Virus record (IMG/VR): IMGVR_UViG_3300032240_001400
Location: 1-57,084 of that record
Direction: 5' to 3' (one strand)
Source of the DNA: a virus
Lineage: Duplodnaviria; Caudoviricetes
Length of the DNA: 57,084 bases
The notes under the pieces were generated by a model. It saw only the letters and a program-made list of their open reading frames with translations. It made no database searches and was not told the DNA's origin. The translations under genes and the position numbers were made by a program. Positions 1-8,202 of the stretch are shown here, one piece after another (the stretch's first letter is position 1; each line of letters starts with the position of its first letter).

Positions 1-62
1 TAAACAAAAGCTTTATATAGAAATGCCCTGCAGAATATCTACTTAAACAAAAGCTTTATATA
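1..62 (+). repeat. 19-bp direct repeat TAAACAAAAGCTTTATATA (1-19 and 44-62)
   Basis: Exact copies read directly; the second abuts the ATG at 62. Confidence 0.85.
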
Positions 63-274
63 TGAATAAGAAAGAATTAGAAAAACTGGTCAGCATGAGC
101 CAAGACGAATTCATGCAAGAGAATCCTACCTATGAACCAATGTTCCCTAAAGGATGGGATGATGATAAGCATTGGCCTGATCTATCTAAGAATGACTATG
201 ACTCTTTCAGGTCTACACAGATAGCAATCGATGACTTTCAAGAGAGGCTTATGGGTTGTTACGATCAAGAATAA
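62..274 (+). CDS. hypothetical acidic protein
   Basis: 70-aa ORF with A-rich upstream region. Confidence 0.6.
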   Translation: MNKKELEKLVSMSQDEFMQENPTYEPMFPKGWDDDKHWPDLSKNDYDSFRSTQIAIDDFQERLMGCYDQE

Positions 275-359
275 AGTGGTCTACTATAAAGATAGACTGC
301 AATAGGTTTGAAAGATTGTCTTATATTTACTGTATATTAATAAACAAAGAAAAACAGTT

Positions 360-602
360 ATGACAAATTCAAACCGCCCAAGTAGCTACACTAAACTCAG
401 CTACATTCAAAAGGTAAGCCGTGTTAACCGTAAGCTCCGTGTAGGTGACGTTACCTCGGTTGCTCAGACTACCGGCTATTCTACTACGCACGTTTCGGAT
501 GTGCTTTCAGGTAAGTACTTCAACGACAAGATCGTTAATGAAGCTTACGATATGACTAGAGGTCGTATCTCCAATGCAGTAAGGTTGAACAGTATCAACT
601 AG
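360..602 (+). CDS. small helix-turn-helix DNA-binding protein
   Basis: VTSVAQTTGYSTTHVSDVLSG fits an XRE-like HTH pattern; TATATTTA box at 322-329 upstream and terminator downstream. Confidence 0.6.
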   Translation: MTNSNRPSSYTKLSYIQKVSRVNRKLRVGDVTSVAQTTGYSTTHVSDVLSGKYFNDKIVNEAYDMTRGRISNAVRLNSIN

Positions 603-628
603 TATTGTATTAATTATTGATTGTTACC

Positions 629-658
629 GGCCTGGGATCTCTATCCTGGGCCTTTTTT
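629..658 (+). terminator. Rho-independent terminator
   Basis: GGCCTGGGA/TCCTGGGCC stem (two G-U pairs) followed by T6. Confidence 0.8.
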
Positions 659-659
659 A

Positions 660-684
660 TAACTGATTGATAATCAATTACTTA
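660..684. promoter_or_regulatory. two inverted IHF-consensus sites
   Basis: AATCAATTACTTA (672-684, +) and TATCAATCAGTTA (660-672, -) both match WATCAANNNNTTR. Confidence 0.5.
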
Positions 685-797
685 TACAGGCCATTGAAGA
701 ATCTTTAATCCAGAGTCAGATCCATTGAAGGAACTTCAAAGAAAGGTAGGGTTTACTAAATAAAACAAAAACTTTTAAAATAGTTGTACAAAATGTG

Positions 798-826
798 CCA
801 AGTATCAGATATTGTTAGTATATTTA
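798..826 (+). promoter_or_regulatory. putative early promoter (CCAAGTATCAGA-N9-TATATTTA)
   Basis: Same 12-mer and spacing recur at 1151-1179. Confidence 0.65.
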
Positions 827-848
827 CAATGTAACAAATCAATCAGAT

Positions 849-1148
849 ATGACTACTAACACTAACATCTCAAACATTGCACAGACAGTTGAATGCCCTA
901 ACCGTATGGATCTTTATGCTGTTGCTCGATACTGTATGGATATGAATCTACCATCGACTGCCAATTGGGCAACAGACCTGATTGACGGTCCTGATACCAT
1001 TAATCGCTATTACATTGATACCAAGATCGTTAAAGCAATGTTCTCTGTTGGTGACAGTGACAGATTATTCCGTGAACTAGAGTGTGAGGTAGCTACCTTC
1101 ATAGAAATGAAAGAATGGAGTGACTGTGACTATTTAACAACCCTTTAA
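849..1148 (+). CDS. hypothetical protein
   Basis: 99-aa ORF downstream of promoter motif. Confidence 0.65.
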   Translation: MTTNTNISNIAQTVECPNRMDLYAVARYCMDMNLPSTANWATDLIDGPDTINRYYIDTKIVKAMFSVGDSDRLFRELECEVATFIEMKEWSDCDYLTTL

Positions 1149-1150
1149 CT

Positions 1151-1179
1151 CCAAGTATCAGAATAAAGTCTTACTTTTA
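1151..1179 (+). promoter_or_regulatory. putative early promoter (CCAAGTATCAGA-N9-TACTTTTA)
   Basis: Copy of the 798-826 motif. Confidence 0.65.
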
Positions 1180-1200
1180 CTAAGAATCAAAACAATCAAT

Positions 1201-1398
1201 ATGACATTAGAATTCAACTATGCCGACTACAGTATCCTTGATGCAGCCCTTACTAACAGGATCGAAAGGATCCAGGAGATGATGAAGATTTTCAATGAGA
1301 CAGGTCAGGATAAGATGACCAAACTCTATGACCAAGAACTGCATGACACTAAGACTCTTAAGTTAAAGATCAGTGACATCTTCAACACAGAGTTCTAA
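1201..1398 (+). CDS. hypothetical helical protein
   Basis: 65-aa ORF downstream of promoter motif. Confidence 0.65.
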   Translation: MTLEFNYADYSILDAALTNRIERIQEMMKIFNETGQDKMTKLYDQELHDTKTLKLKISDIFNTEF

Positions 1399-1423
1399 GT
1401 CACTCCAAAGATTTATTTTTCTA

Positions 1424-1447
1424 TATCAACTAAATTAATTAAATTAC
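1424..1447 (+). promoter_or_regulatory. putative early promoter (TATCA-N11-TAAATTAC)
   Basis: Same spacing as the other copies. Confidence 0.5.
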
Positions 1448-1464
1448 ATTATAAAATAAAGGTT

Positions 1465-2277
1465 ATGTCAAACGCACAAAATTTCAAGAACAACGTTATT
1501 ACATCTATCTCTCTCGACACTGCTAAGGAAATTGCACCAGCTATCTTCGCTACATCTCCGGCTCCAACGATCAAGAGCCCAAAATATCAGTTCACTCCTA
1601 CGTTTGAGGTTATCGATCACATGCAAGATATGGGTTACGTACTCACAGGAGTTAAACAGTCTAAGTCTAACGTGGACCTCCGTAAGAATTGGGGTATCCA
1701 CATCACTAGGTTCCAACACCCTGACCTCTACATCAAGAACCCACAGGGTGAAATAGAAGCCAGGCCTGAGGTTGTACTTATCAACTCACATGATGGTACA
1801 AGGCCAATCCAATTTGAGATGGGACTCTTCCGTCTTGTCTGTGAGAATGGTCTGGTAATTAAGGACCAAGACATGGGATCATTTAGAGAGCGTCACACTA
1901 AGTACACCTTCCAAGAGCTTAAGGATCTTATGGATGAAAAGGTATCTGGTCTCAAAGATGTTGTAGGCAAGATCAGCCAATGGGCTCAAAAAGAAATGAC
2001 TGATAAAGAAAGATATCAGTTCGCTGTAGAAGCCTTGGCCATGAGATTGAACTCAGACCGTCAGCCTGAACAGTATGAGGTAATGGACATCTTGAATGCT
2101 AAGAGAAAGATAGATGAACAACCTACTGTATGGCATACATTCAATACAGTACAAGAGAACCTAATCAAAGGCGGCTTCCAATTGAATAACCGTCAAGCTA
2201 GGGCCATTAAGAACCCTATAGAGGATCTGGTACTCAACCAAGGCCTATGGCAGTTAGCGGACGCTTACTGTAACTAG
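1465..2277 (+). CDS. DUF932/DUF945-family protein
   Basis: INSHDG, GLFRLVCENGLV and W..FNTVQENLIKGG motifs typical of the family. Confidence 0.85.
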   Translation: MSNAQNFKNNVITSISLDTAKEIAPAIFATSPAPTIKSPKYQFTPTFEVIDHMQDMGYVLTGVKQSKSNVDLRKNWGIHITRFQHPDLYIKNPQGEIEARPEVVLINSHDGTRPIQFEMGLFRLVCENGLVIKDQDMGSFRERHTKYTFQELKDLMDEKVSGLKDVVGKISQWAQKEMTDKERYQFAVEALAMRLNSDRQPEQYEVMDILNAKRKIDEQPTVWHTFNTVQENLIKGGFQLNNRQARAIKNPIEDLVLNQGLWQLADAYCN

Positions 2278-2440
2278 TAGGCTGCTGGCACCTTGCTACT
2301 AGTCACTAGCATCTAACTAGCATCATGGCAAAGACCTAGTTATGGTAGATAGCGGCTTGGTGGCAGGGGGCCCCGCGTTGACTAATCACACACACCCGGG
2401 AATTTTTCAAATCCTAATAAAAAATAAATACGTAAATAAA

Positions 2441-2695
2441 ATGGAAAATAATAATAACGAGTCTCCCTTTTTCTCACTGTTTGTTACTTGCCTAAAAACC
2501 TTTGAAGCGTCTACCATAGACCCTCACGACTTTGAAGATGCACTCGATCGTCTTGTCCAGGCAAATAACAAAGGACTACTTAGTGAGTTCTTAGATCATG
2601 CAGAGAATCTATATTATAATCATGATACAGATCCGGTGGTAGCTTTTCATCGTGCATATTTGGATATTGTAGCAGACCAAGGGGAAATTTTTTAA
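2441..2695 (+). CDS. hypothetical protein (start moved from 2342 to 2441)
   Basis: ATG 2441 has an A-rich context; the upstream extension lies in a GC-rich element that looks non-coding. Confidence 0.6.
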   Translation: MENNNNESPFFSLFVTCLKTFEASTIDPHDFEDALDRLVQANNKGLLSEFLDHAENLYYNHDTDPVVAFHRAYLDIVADQGEIF

Positions 2696-2722
2696 TCTTA
2701 AACAAAATATAAATACAAAAAT

Positions 2723-3205
2723 ATGAAAAAGAATAACAACTATCCATCAGGTTTCGGAGTTACAGCAAAACACTTCTCTCTTTACAAGGCTTTCAAAGAG
2801 GAAGCAGAAAAATTAGGTTGGACTTATAATTATGATTTTACTCCATTCACAGAAGCGAAGTTTGAAAGTCTTCTAGAAGATGAGTCAGATCGTCAATGTC
2901 TATATTTCAGCTATGAGTTTGGTAATTGTGAAGGAAAGCCAGCCTTTGCTTTCAGTAACTCAAATCTTGCTATTTGTTTAGAGAGGAATTTTCAAATCGC
3001 CTTAGATCATCTTAAAGCTTGTACAGTAAAACCAAAACCTAACACTATCTGGGCTTGTTCTAATGGGATTGACCTTGAGATTGATTGGGATGATCAAACC
3101 GTTTCTCCTAAACCAAATTGGTACACCCAAGATGTTGTAGATGCAACTTTCACATTCAGCCAGATTCAGTCACTAGCAGAATTCATTAAACACTCTGGAA
3201 AATGA
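2723..3205 (+). CDS. hypothetical protein
   Basis: 160-aa ORF with A-rich start; ATGA overlap with next gene. Confidence 0.7.
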   Translation: MKKNNNYPSGFGVTAKHFSLYKAFKEEAEKLGWTYNYDFTPFTEAKFESLLEDESDRQCLYFSYEFGNCEGKPAFAFSNSNLAICLERNFQIALDHLKACTVKPKPNTIWACSNGIDLEIDWDDQTVSPKPNWYTQDVVDATFTFSQIQSLAEFIKHSGK

Positions 3206-3402
3206 GGAACCTATTCAATACAGAGACAGAAGATGCTATGCTCAAGTTGATCAATCACCAGTCACAACTGATCCAGACATACAGGGAAAAGGCTAAGACC
3301 CAGGATGAGATTATACATCTACTCAAAAGGATCAACGAGATGAACGAGCTACAGATAAAGCACTTGAAAGAAGATGTTTTAAGATTCGGAATAAAAGATT
3401 AA
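3202..3402 (+). CDS. hypothetical coiled-coil protein
   Basis: 66-aa ORF coupled to previous gene. Confidence 0.65.
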   Translation: MRNLFNTETEDAMLKLINHQSQLIQTYREKAKTQDEIIHLLKRINEMNELQIKHLKEDVLRFGIKD

Positions 3403-3423
3403 ATTTATATAAATAATATAGCT

Positions 3424-3618
3424 ATGAAGAAAACAACGTTAGACATTTTAAAAGCAATCGGAATTACTCTAGGTGGATTTTTGGTCGGCGCAGCAGTCTG
3501 CGAGGCGCTAAAACTCTTGGCAAAGGCCATGAATACCAATCCGCTATATTTTCTGAGTGGACTCCTATTTGCAATAGTAGTGTACGCCAATTACCAACTT
3601 ATAAAACTCTCTAAATGA
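3424..3618 (+). CDS. small membrane protein
   Basis: Two hydrophobic segments. Confidence 0.65.
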   Translation: MKKTTLDILKAIGITLGGFLVGAAVCEALKLLAKAMNTNPLYFLSGLLFAIVVYANYQLIKLSK

Positions 3619-3791
3619 AAATGATAAACATTCAAAGAGTATTACACACTCTAGGTATCGTAGGAGCTCTAACCTCTATCTATATCAATTTTGGAAATGG
3701 CTATATGGCCTGGTCCTGGCAACTTGCCTGCATCTTGTGGATCTTGAATTCATGGATGAAAACAGAAGAAATTCAATCTAGTAACAAATAA
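3615..3791 (+). CDS. small membrane protein (58 aa, not in ORF track)
   Basis: MKMINIQRVLHTLGIVGALTSIYINF...; ATGA overlap with previous gene. Confidence 0.6.
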   Translation: MKMINIQRVLHTLGIVGALTSIYINFGNGYMAWSWQLACILWILNSWMKTEEIQSSNK

Positions 3792-3804
3792 AAACAAATA
3801 TAAA

Positions 3805-3957
3805 ATGCAGTATTTTTTAGTATCAGCCACCACAGCCCAAGAATTATCAGACAAAGTAAATGAAAGGCTCGCTAGGAATTGGGAACCAATCGGATCTCCT
3901 TTCACCGAAAAAGGAACTTTTTATCAAGCCCTTATCTACAAACAAAACAAAGCTTAG
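3805..3957 (+). CDS. DUF1737-like small protein (50 aa, not in ORF track)
   Basis: LSDKVNERLARNWEPIGSP...FYQAL matches the DUF1737 pattern. Confidence 0.65.
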   Translation: MQYFLVSATTAQELSDKVNERLARNWEPIGSPFTEKGTFYQALIYKQNKA

Positions 3958-3961
3958 TTTT

Positions 3962-4186
3962 ATGTTGACAAAAAAAGGTTATCGAGTCCACCCATGGACA
4001 TTAATTAGTGGAGGTTATTCTTTAAAAGTAGAACTTTCTAACGGTCGTGTTAATTACACAAGGAATACCAAGAAGCCACTGATCTATATCAAGCAGATCT
4101 TGAAAGAAGAAAATGTTCACATGGTAACTGATAATAAGACCGGTCATGTGTATTACCAAGACGGTATTTTTAGAGAACAAATTTAA
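3962..4186 (+). CDS. hypothetical protein (start moved from 3860 to 3962)
   Basis: Upstream extension overlaps the DUF1737-like gene. Confidence 0.6.
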   Translation: MLTKKGYRVHPWTLISGGYSLKVELSNGRVNYTRNTKKPLIYIKQILKEENVHMVTDNKTGHVYYQDGIFREQI

Positions 4187-4193
4187 TCTATAG

Positions 4194-4697
4194 ATGAAAA
4201 GGATTACATTAGAAGAAGCTAAGTATTATATCAAGTTAGAAGGAGAAGATCCTTATAAAATGAGAAAAGCAGTTGCCTTTAATCTTACTCCATCTAATGA
4301 TCCTGGTTGGGAAGGCTGGGAAGAGGTTACCTACTATTCGGAAGGTATCCTCGACCCAACTCTTTCAATCAAAAAACCTGAATGGGTCTATGTTCTTGTT
4401 AACAAATCTATTCCTGGGATTTGTAAGATAGGGATGACTACCACCTCTGTTAATCAAAGGGTCAAGGAGATCAATTCTGCGACAGGCGTGATAACGCCCT
4501 GGTTTTCTGTTTTCAAATACAAGTGTATCAATTCAAGAAGACTAGAAGAAGAGGTTCATCAACATTTAGAAAGGCTTGGCTATAGAGTTAACCCTAAAAG
4601 AGAAGGGTTCGAGATAAGTTCTAAAGTTGCTATTGATGTTATAAATGAACTAGGAGAGAAGTTAACAGTGACTCCAAAGGATTTTGATAGTAAGTAA
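4194..4697 (+). CDS. T5orf172/GIY-YIG domain protein
   Basis: WVYVLVN..IPG..KIGMT...RVKEINSATGV..PW and REGF motifs. Confidence 0.85.
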   Translation: MKRITLEEAKYYIKLEGEDPYKMRKAVAFNLTPSNDPGWEGWEEVTYYSEGILDPTLSIKKPEWVYVLVNKSIPGICKIGMTTTSVNQRVKEINSATGVITPWFSVFKYKCINSRRLEEEVHQHLERLGYRVNPKREGFEISSKVAIDVINELGEKLTVTPKDFDSK

Positions 4698-4755
4698 TAA
4701 ATTTGTAAATATCTGGAATTTTAGGCCCCTTGCGGAAAGATTAAAATTTAAACTC

Positions 4756-5040
4756 ATGAATTATCTTATATTTTTATTTGTCTGTCTTTTTATATCATTC
4801 TTAGTAGTTAAGTTTGCTAAGTACGTTGGAGCTATCTGTTTGATCCTGCTTTCATTATTAGGTATAGGACTAATCATAATTCCATTTGACTTACAAGTAG
4901 GAATTAAGTTAATAACCTGGGCTTTCTGTATTCTTGTTATGACAGGAATTCTATTTGCAATCTCAGGCATTGTTTCCGCTTTAGTTGTTAGCCCTATTAT
5001 ATTATTATGGGGAGCAATTAAGATGTTATTTTCTAAGTAA
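4756..5040 (+). CDS. multi-pass membrane protein (start moved to 4756)
   Basis: Almost entirely hydrophobic, 3-4 predicted TM segments. Confidence 0.65.
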   Translation: MNYLIFLFVCLFISFLVVKFAKYVGAICLILLSLLGIGLIIIPFDLQVGIKLITWAFCILVMTGILFAISGIVSALVVSPIILLWGAIKMLFSK

Positions 5041-5044
5041 TTCA

Positions 5045-5052
5045 ATATTTAT
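5045..5052 (+). promoter_or_regulatory. putative late promoter ATATTTAT
   Basis: One of 13 sense-oriented copies upstream of gene starts. Confidence 0.65.
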
Positions 5053-5075
5053 TAATAGTTATTAAAATTATTATA

Positions 5076-5762
5076 ATGAACGATTTTAACATTGCAAAGT
5101 ATTTAAAAGAGCACAATCTTGGCGCTCATGGAATTTTAGGTAATTATATAGACCTTCAAGCTCTTAAAGAAGCTTCAGATGATGATCTTTGGAAAGGCGC
5201 TAAAATGGATAATCAAAAAGTTCCTTATGAAGGACCAGATACTAAACTCGATGGTGATAGCCTTGAGTTTGATCAAGTTGATCCTGTTTGCGAATTAGAA
5301 AAACCTGATCAGATCTACACTAATGATTGGATGAATGACAGTATCGATGGTAAAAAAGTTGGTAACTGGACTTGCTACTTTGAAGACTTTCAAAACCTTA
5401 TATACTGGATTAACGACTATATTAATTCTGAGGATGCGGTTGTTTACGCAACTCCAGGTTGGGATAATGTTAATGGTATTGCCTGCGAAACTTCAATTGA
5501 GCATGGAGAAGCATCTATAGATCATGAAACTATAGGAGACAGTTCTTATCCTGATTTTGAATCTTATGCTCAAGATGTTAAACCTTATCTTGATAAAGTA
5601 GAACAAAAGTATCTTGGTGAATCAGAAGTAGCAGAAGGCATAGATGATATTGATGTAAATGAATATGATCAACTTGTTGGAGCTATAGAATCTTTGTTAC
5701 AACAAGGAGAATCAGAAGCAGATATCTTACAAGTAGTAAAAGATACTTTAGGTCTTAGATAA
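5076..5762 (+). CDS. acidic protein, candidate internal head protein
   Basis: Leader FNIAKYLKE resembles FNLQKYLTE at 34548; late motif upstream. Confidence 0.65.
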   Translation: MNDFNIAKYLKEHNLGAHGILGNYIDLQALKEASDDDLWKGAKMDNQKVPYEGPDTKLDGDSLEFDQVDPVCELEKPDQIYTNDWMNDSIDGKKVGNWTCYFEDFQNLIYWINDYINSEDAVVYATPGWDNVNGIACETSIEHGEASIDHETIGDSSYPDFESYAQDVKPYLDKVEQKYLGESEVAEGIDDIDVNEYDQLVGAIESLLQQGESEADILQVVKDTLGLR

Positions 5763-5779
5763 TAAAAAAAATAATAATA

Positions 5780-6211
5780 ATGTCATTTAATTATAAACAA
5801 TATACTGCAAACAATCCTCTTCTACAAGAAGTGGATGAAGAAGTAACAGTAAGTTCTTCTGGTGTAGAAATGGAAGAAGGGTCTAATTATCCTAGAGTTG
5901 CTCTTGAACAGGCCGCATTAGAGGCTAAAGAAGCAGGTGTAGATAGAGAGGAAGCTGTTACCATTGTCAACCAAGCTTATGGCGCTGGTATGTCTTCAGA
6001 TAGCTTGAATGAAGAGGTAGATATATGGCAAATGGCAGGAGATCATCTTGAAAACTTTAGAGACGAATTGTCAAGTGCTTATGCTATAGCAAGTCAGAAT
6101 GGCCTTAAAGATTGGATGATGGCTCTAAATAAAATAGTAATACATCTAGATGCACTTGAAGGTGCCATCGCAGAAGCTAATGCTAAATTAGGAGTACTTC
6201 CTACAAATTAA
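5780..6211 (+). CDS. acidic protein, candidate internal head protein
   Basis: Leader MSFNYKQYTANNPLLQE; internal LNE site. Confidence 0.65.
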   Translation: MSFNYKQYTANNPLLQEVDEEVTVSSSGVEMEEGSNYPRVALEQAALEAKEAGVDREEAVTIVNQAYGAGMSSDSLNEEVDIWQMAGDHLENFRDELSSAYAIASQNGLKDWMMALNKIVIHLDALEGAIAEANAKLGVLPTN

Positions 6212-6232
6212 CCTTGCAGCCCATACATATAT

Positions 6233-6262
6233 AAAGGCCCTAACTTCGGTTGGGGCTTTTTT
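6233..6262. terminator. terminator between convergent genes, probably bidirectional
   Basis: GCCCTAAC-TTCG-GTTGGGGC hairpin (cUUCGg loop), T6 downstream, AAA upstream. Confidence 0.9.
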
Positions 6263-6713
6263 ATTCTAGATCCTTTCTAAAGAACCTTCCTTGTATATTA
6301 TCATTATATGAGTCTATATGAAGTACATCTAACTTCATTTGCCAACAAACTTCCCAGTAACTTAGTTGTTTTTTAGAAAAGCAAATTTGCAAAACCTCTC
6401 TAGTGAATATTTGAGGGCCAAGCTCTTTGACCTCTGCCTTTATCTGTTTATTACTTCCAAAGTAATCCAACCAATCAGATTCTGTAGTAACTTTCTTCTT
6501 CTTTGGGACGCGCCCAGGTTTGCTCCATTCCGAGATCTCCTTCTTGGTTAATACTTTATTATTGTTATTGTAAAGGACCTTTCTACCAATATAGAAACGA
6601 TTGGTGACTATGTTGGTCACCCTATAAATAAACCCGTATGCATTCTCTGGAAAATCTTCTACTTTAAGGAATTCTCTATATCCTCCTAGTGTATCTTTAT
6701 AAAACCATTTCAT
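6261..6713 (-). CDS. GIY-YIG nuclease (T4 DenA/Seg-like)
   Basis: YGFIYRVTN...FYIGRK; YFGS; YNDNI. Confidence 0.8.
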   Translation of the reverse strand: MKWFYKDTLGGYREFLKVEDFPENAYGFIYRVTNIVTNRFYIGRKVLYNNNNKVLTKKEISEWSKPGRVPKKKKVTTESDWLDYFGSNKQIKAEVKELGPQIFTREVLQICFSKKQLSYWEVCWQMKLDVLHIDSYNDNIQGRFFRKDLE

Positions 6714-6727
6714 AATTTACTTTATTT

Positions 6728-7030
6728 TTAACTATCCCATCTTATAATAAAAGTCATGTCTGTATTTTGTGGGACAGGATATGGCCTAGATAATTTTCCT
6801 ACTACTAATAATTGATCTTGATCATTATATAATCCTACTGTTGTAGTATAAGGATGGAAATCTGAACCTGTTACTGCATCTATATAAGATCCTGATGTAC
6901 CTTGTATATTTGCGCTTTGATTTAATGTATAGTTAAAATCATTCTCATTTACATGGCATCTTACCTCATTTTGATAAATGGTGCTTTCAGCTTGAAAAGA
7001 CATTGTAAATGGAGAATATAGTAGTGCCAT
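6728..7030 (-). CDS. virion/baseplate protein, C-terminal module of a split paralog
   Basis: TTVGLYNDQDQLLVVGKLSRP matches TTVGMYNDNNELLAVAKLSKP in 8203-9234. Confidence 0.75.
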   Translation of the reverse strand: MALLYSPFTMSFQAESTIYQNEVRCHVNENDFNYTLNQSANIQGTSGSYIDAVTGSDFHPYTTTVGLYNDQDQLLVVGKLSRPYPVPQNTDMTFIIRWDS

Positions 7031-7033
7031 ATA

Positions 7034-8176
7034 TTATGGAATTAAAGCTCCTTGATAGTTAGAGTCTTTTATTATAATTATTCCTTGAGAATATAATATG
7101 TTTCCTACTAAAGCTCTAGCATATCCAAAAACACCACTAGTTAAATAATCTTTACTGGAATATAGTATACTAATTCCTGCAGGGGTTGATGAACCTGTTG
7201 GAGCAGCTGTTATACTAGCCGATACTTCCGAATACGTGTTATTATAAATTTCTATTCCCATTGATCCTGGATTATTCGGTCCTGATGTTCCTTCATTATT
7301 TCCTATGATAGATATTGTATGATTACCTGCTGTTAAATCTACCGGATAGATATGCCAATACTTAAAGTTATTATTATTTGTAGCATCATTAGCTTGAGTT
7401 ATTATTAATCTTCCATCAACATATAAATAAAGATCATTATCACAGCCTATTCCAAAATAATATGTTTTAGTAGATACAGCAGTTACTGTAAATGTTAGTG
7501 TTCCTGATCCAAGGTATGTTAATGAATAACTTGACCAAAGACCAGCGTAATTAAGCCTACCTGTTTTATTTGCGCTTGTAGAATTTGCCCAAAATGTACC
7601 TGCATAAGAACCTCCAGCATATCCTGTTTTCCAACTTATATAATTACCAACTCCGTAAGTATCATACCCAGGAGAATATAGTCTAACTCCATAAGTTGCG
7701 TATTCTTCATTAGAAGCCTGTTGAGAACCAGTATTTTGTGTACCTATTAAATTACCATTCCCATCGTCAGAAATACTATATCCAGATGAAATTATACTAA
7801 AAGAATTTCTGGATATTTGTTCTCCAAATTCTGTTCTTGGTATTGCTATAACTGTAATTTGAGAATTAGGCGCTATAGGGAAAGATCTGTCATCATTATC
7901 AAATGTACCAGATGCTGCAGTAGATTGAAGACTGTCGTTCCAATAACTTGCAGAATGAAAGTATGATCCTGTAATATACTCGTTATAATACAACTGCTTA
8001 ATTAGTTTATAATTAAGAGCTGTAGACCCACTTATTGCGTATGTAGTGTTGACCCCTCTATTTATAGTTATTCCATTAGAATAGAGAGAAGAACTTGGAT
8101 AAGATACAGAATACTTCGTCTTTATTGGAGTCGTAGATATATCTGATCTCTTAAGTGTATTTTTAGATCTTCCCAT
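7034..8176 (-). CDS. virion/baseplate protein with PA14-like insertion
   Basis: Paralogous to the N-terminal part of 8203-9234; YYFGIGCDNDLYLYVDG...VDLTAGNHTI is PA14-like. Confidence 0.7.
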   Translation of the reverse strand: MGRSKNTLKRSDISTTPIKTKYSVSYPSSSLYSNGITINRGVNTTYAISGSTALNYKLIKQLYYNEYITGSYFHSASYWNDSLQSTAASGTFDNDDRSFPIAPNSQITVIAIPRTEFGEQISRNSFSIISSGYSISDDGNGNLIGTQNTGSQQASNEEYATYGVRLYSPGYDTYGVGNYISWKTGYAGGSYAGTFWANSTSANKTGRLNYAGLWSSYSLTYLGSGTLTFTVTAVSTKTYYFGIGCDNDLYLYVDGRLIITQANDATNNNNFKYWHIYPVDLTAGNHTISIIGNNEGTSGPNNPGSMGIEIYNNTYSEVSASITAAPTGSSTPAGISILYSSKDYLTSGVFGYARALVGNILYSQGIIIIKDSNYQGALIP

Positions 8177-8202
8177 TTATAGAACAGTATTTTGGTATTT
8201 TA

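Noticed and set aside
6261-6713. Mobile homing endonuclease
   Set aside because: Only a catalytic-sized domain, no DNA-binding tail and no interrupted host gene; more like a resident DenA-type nuclease.
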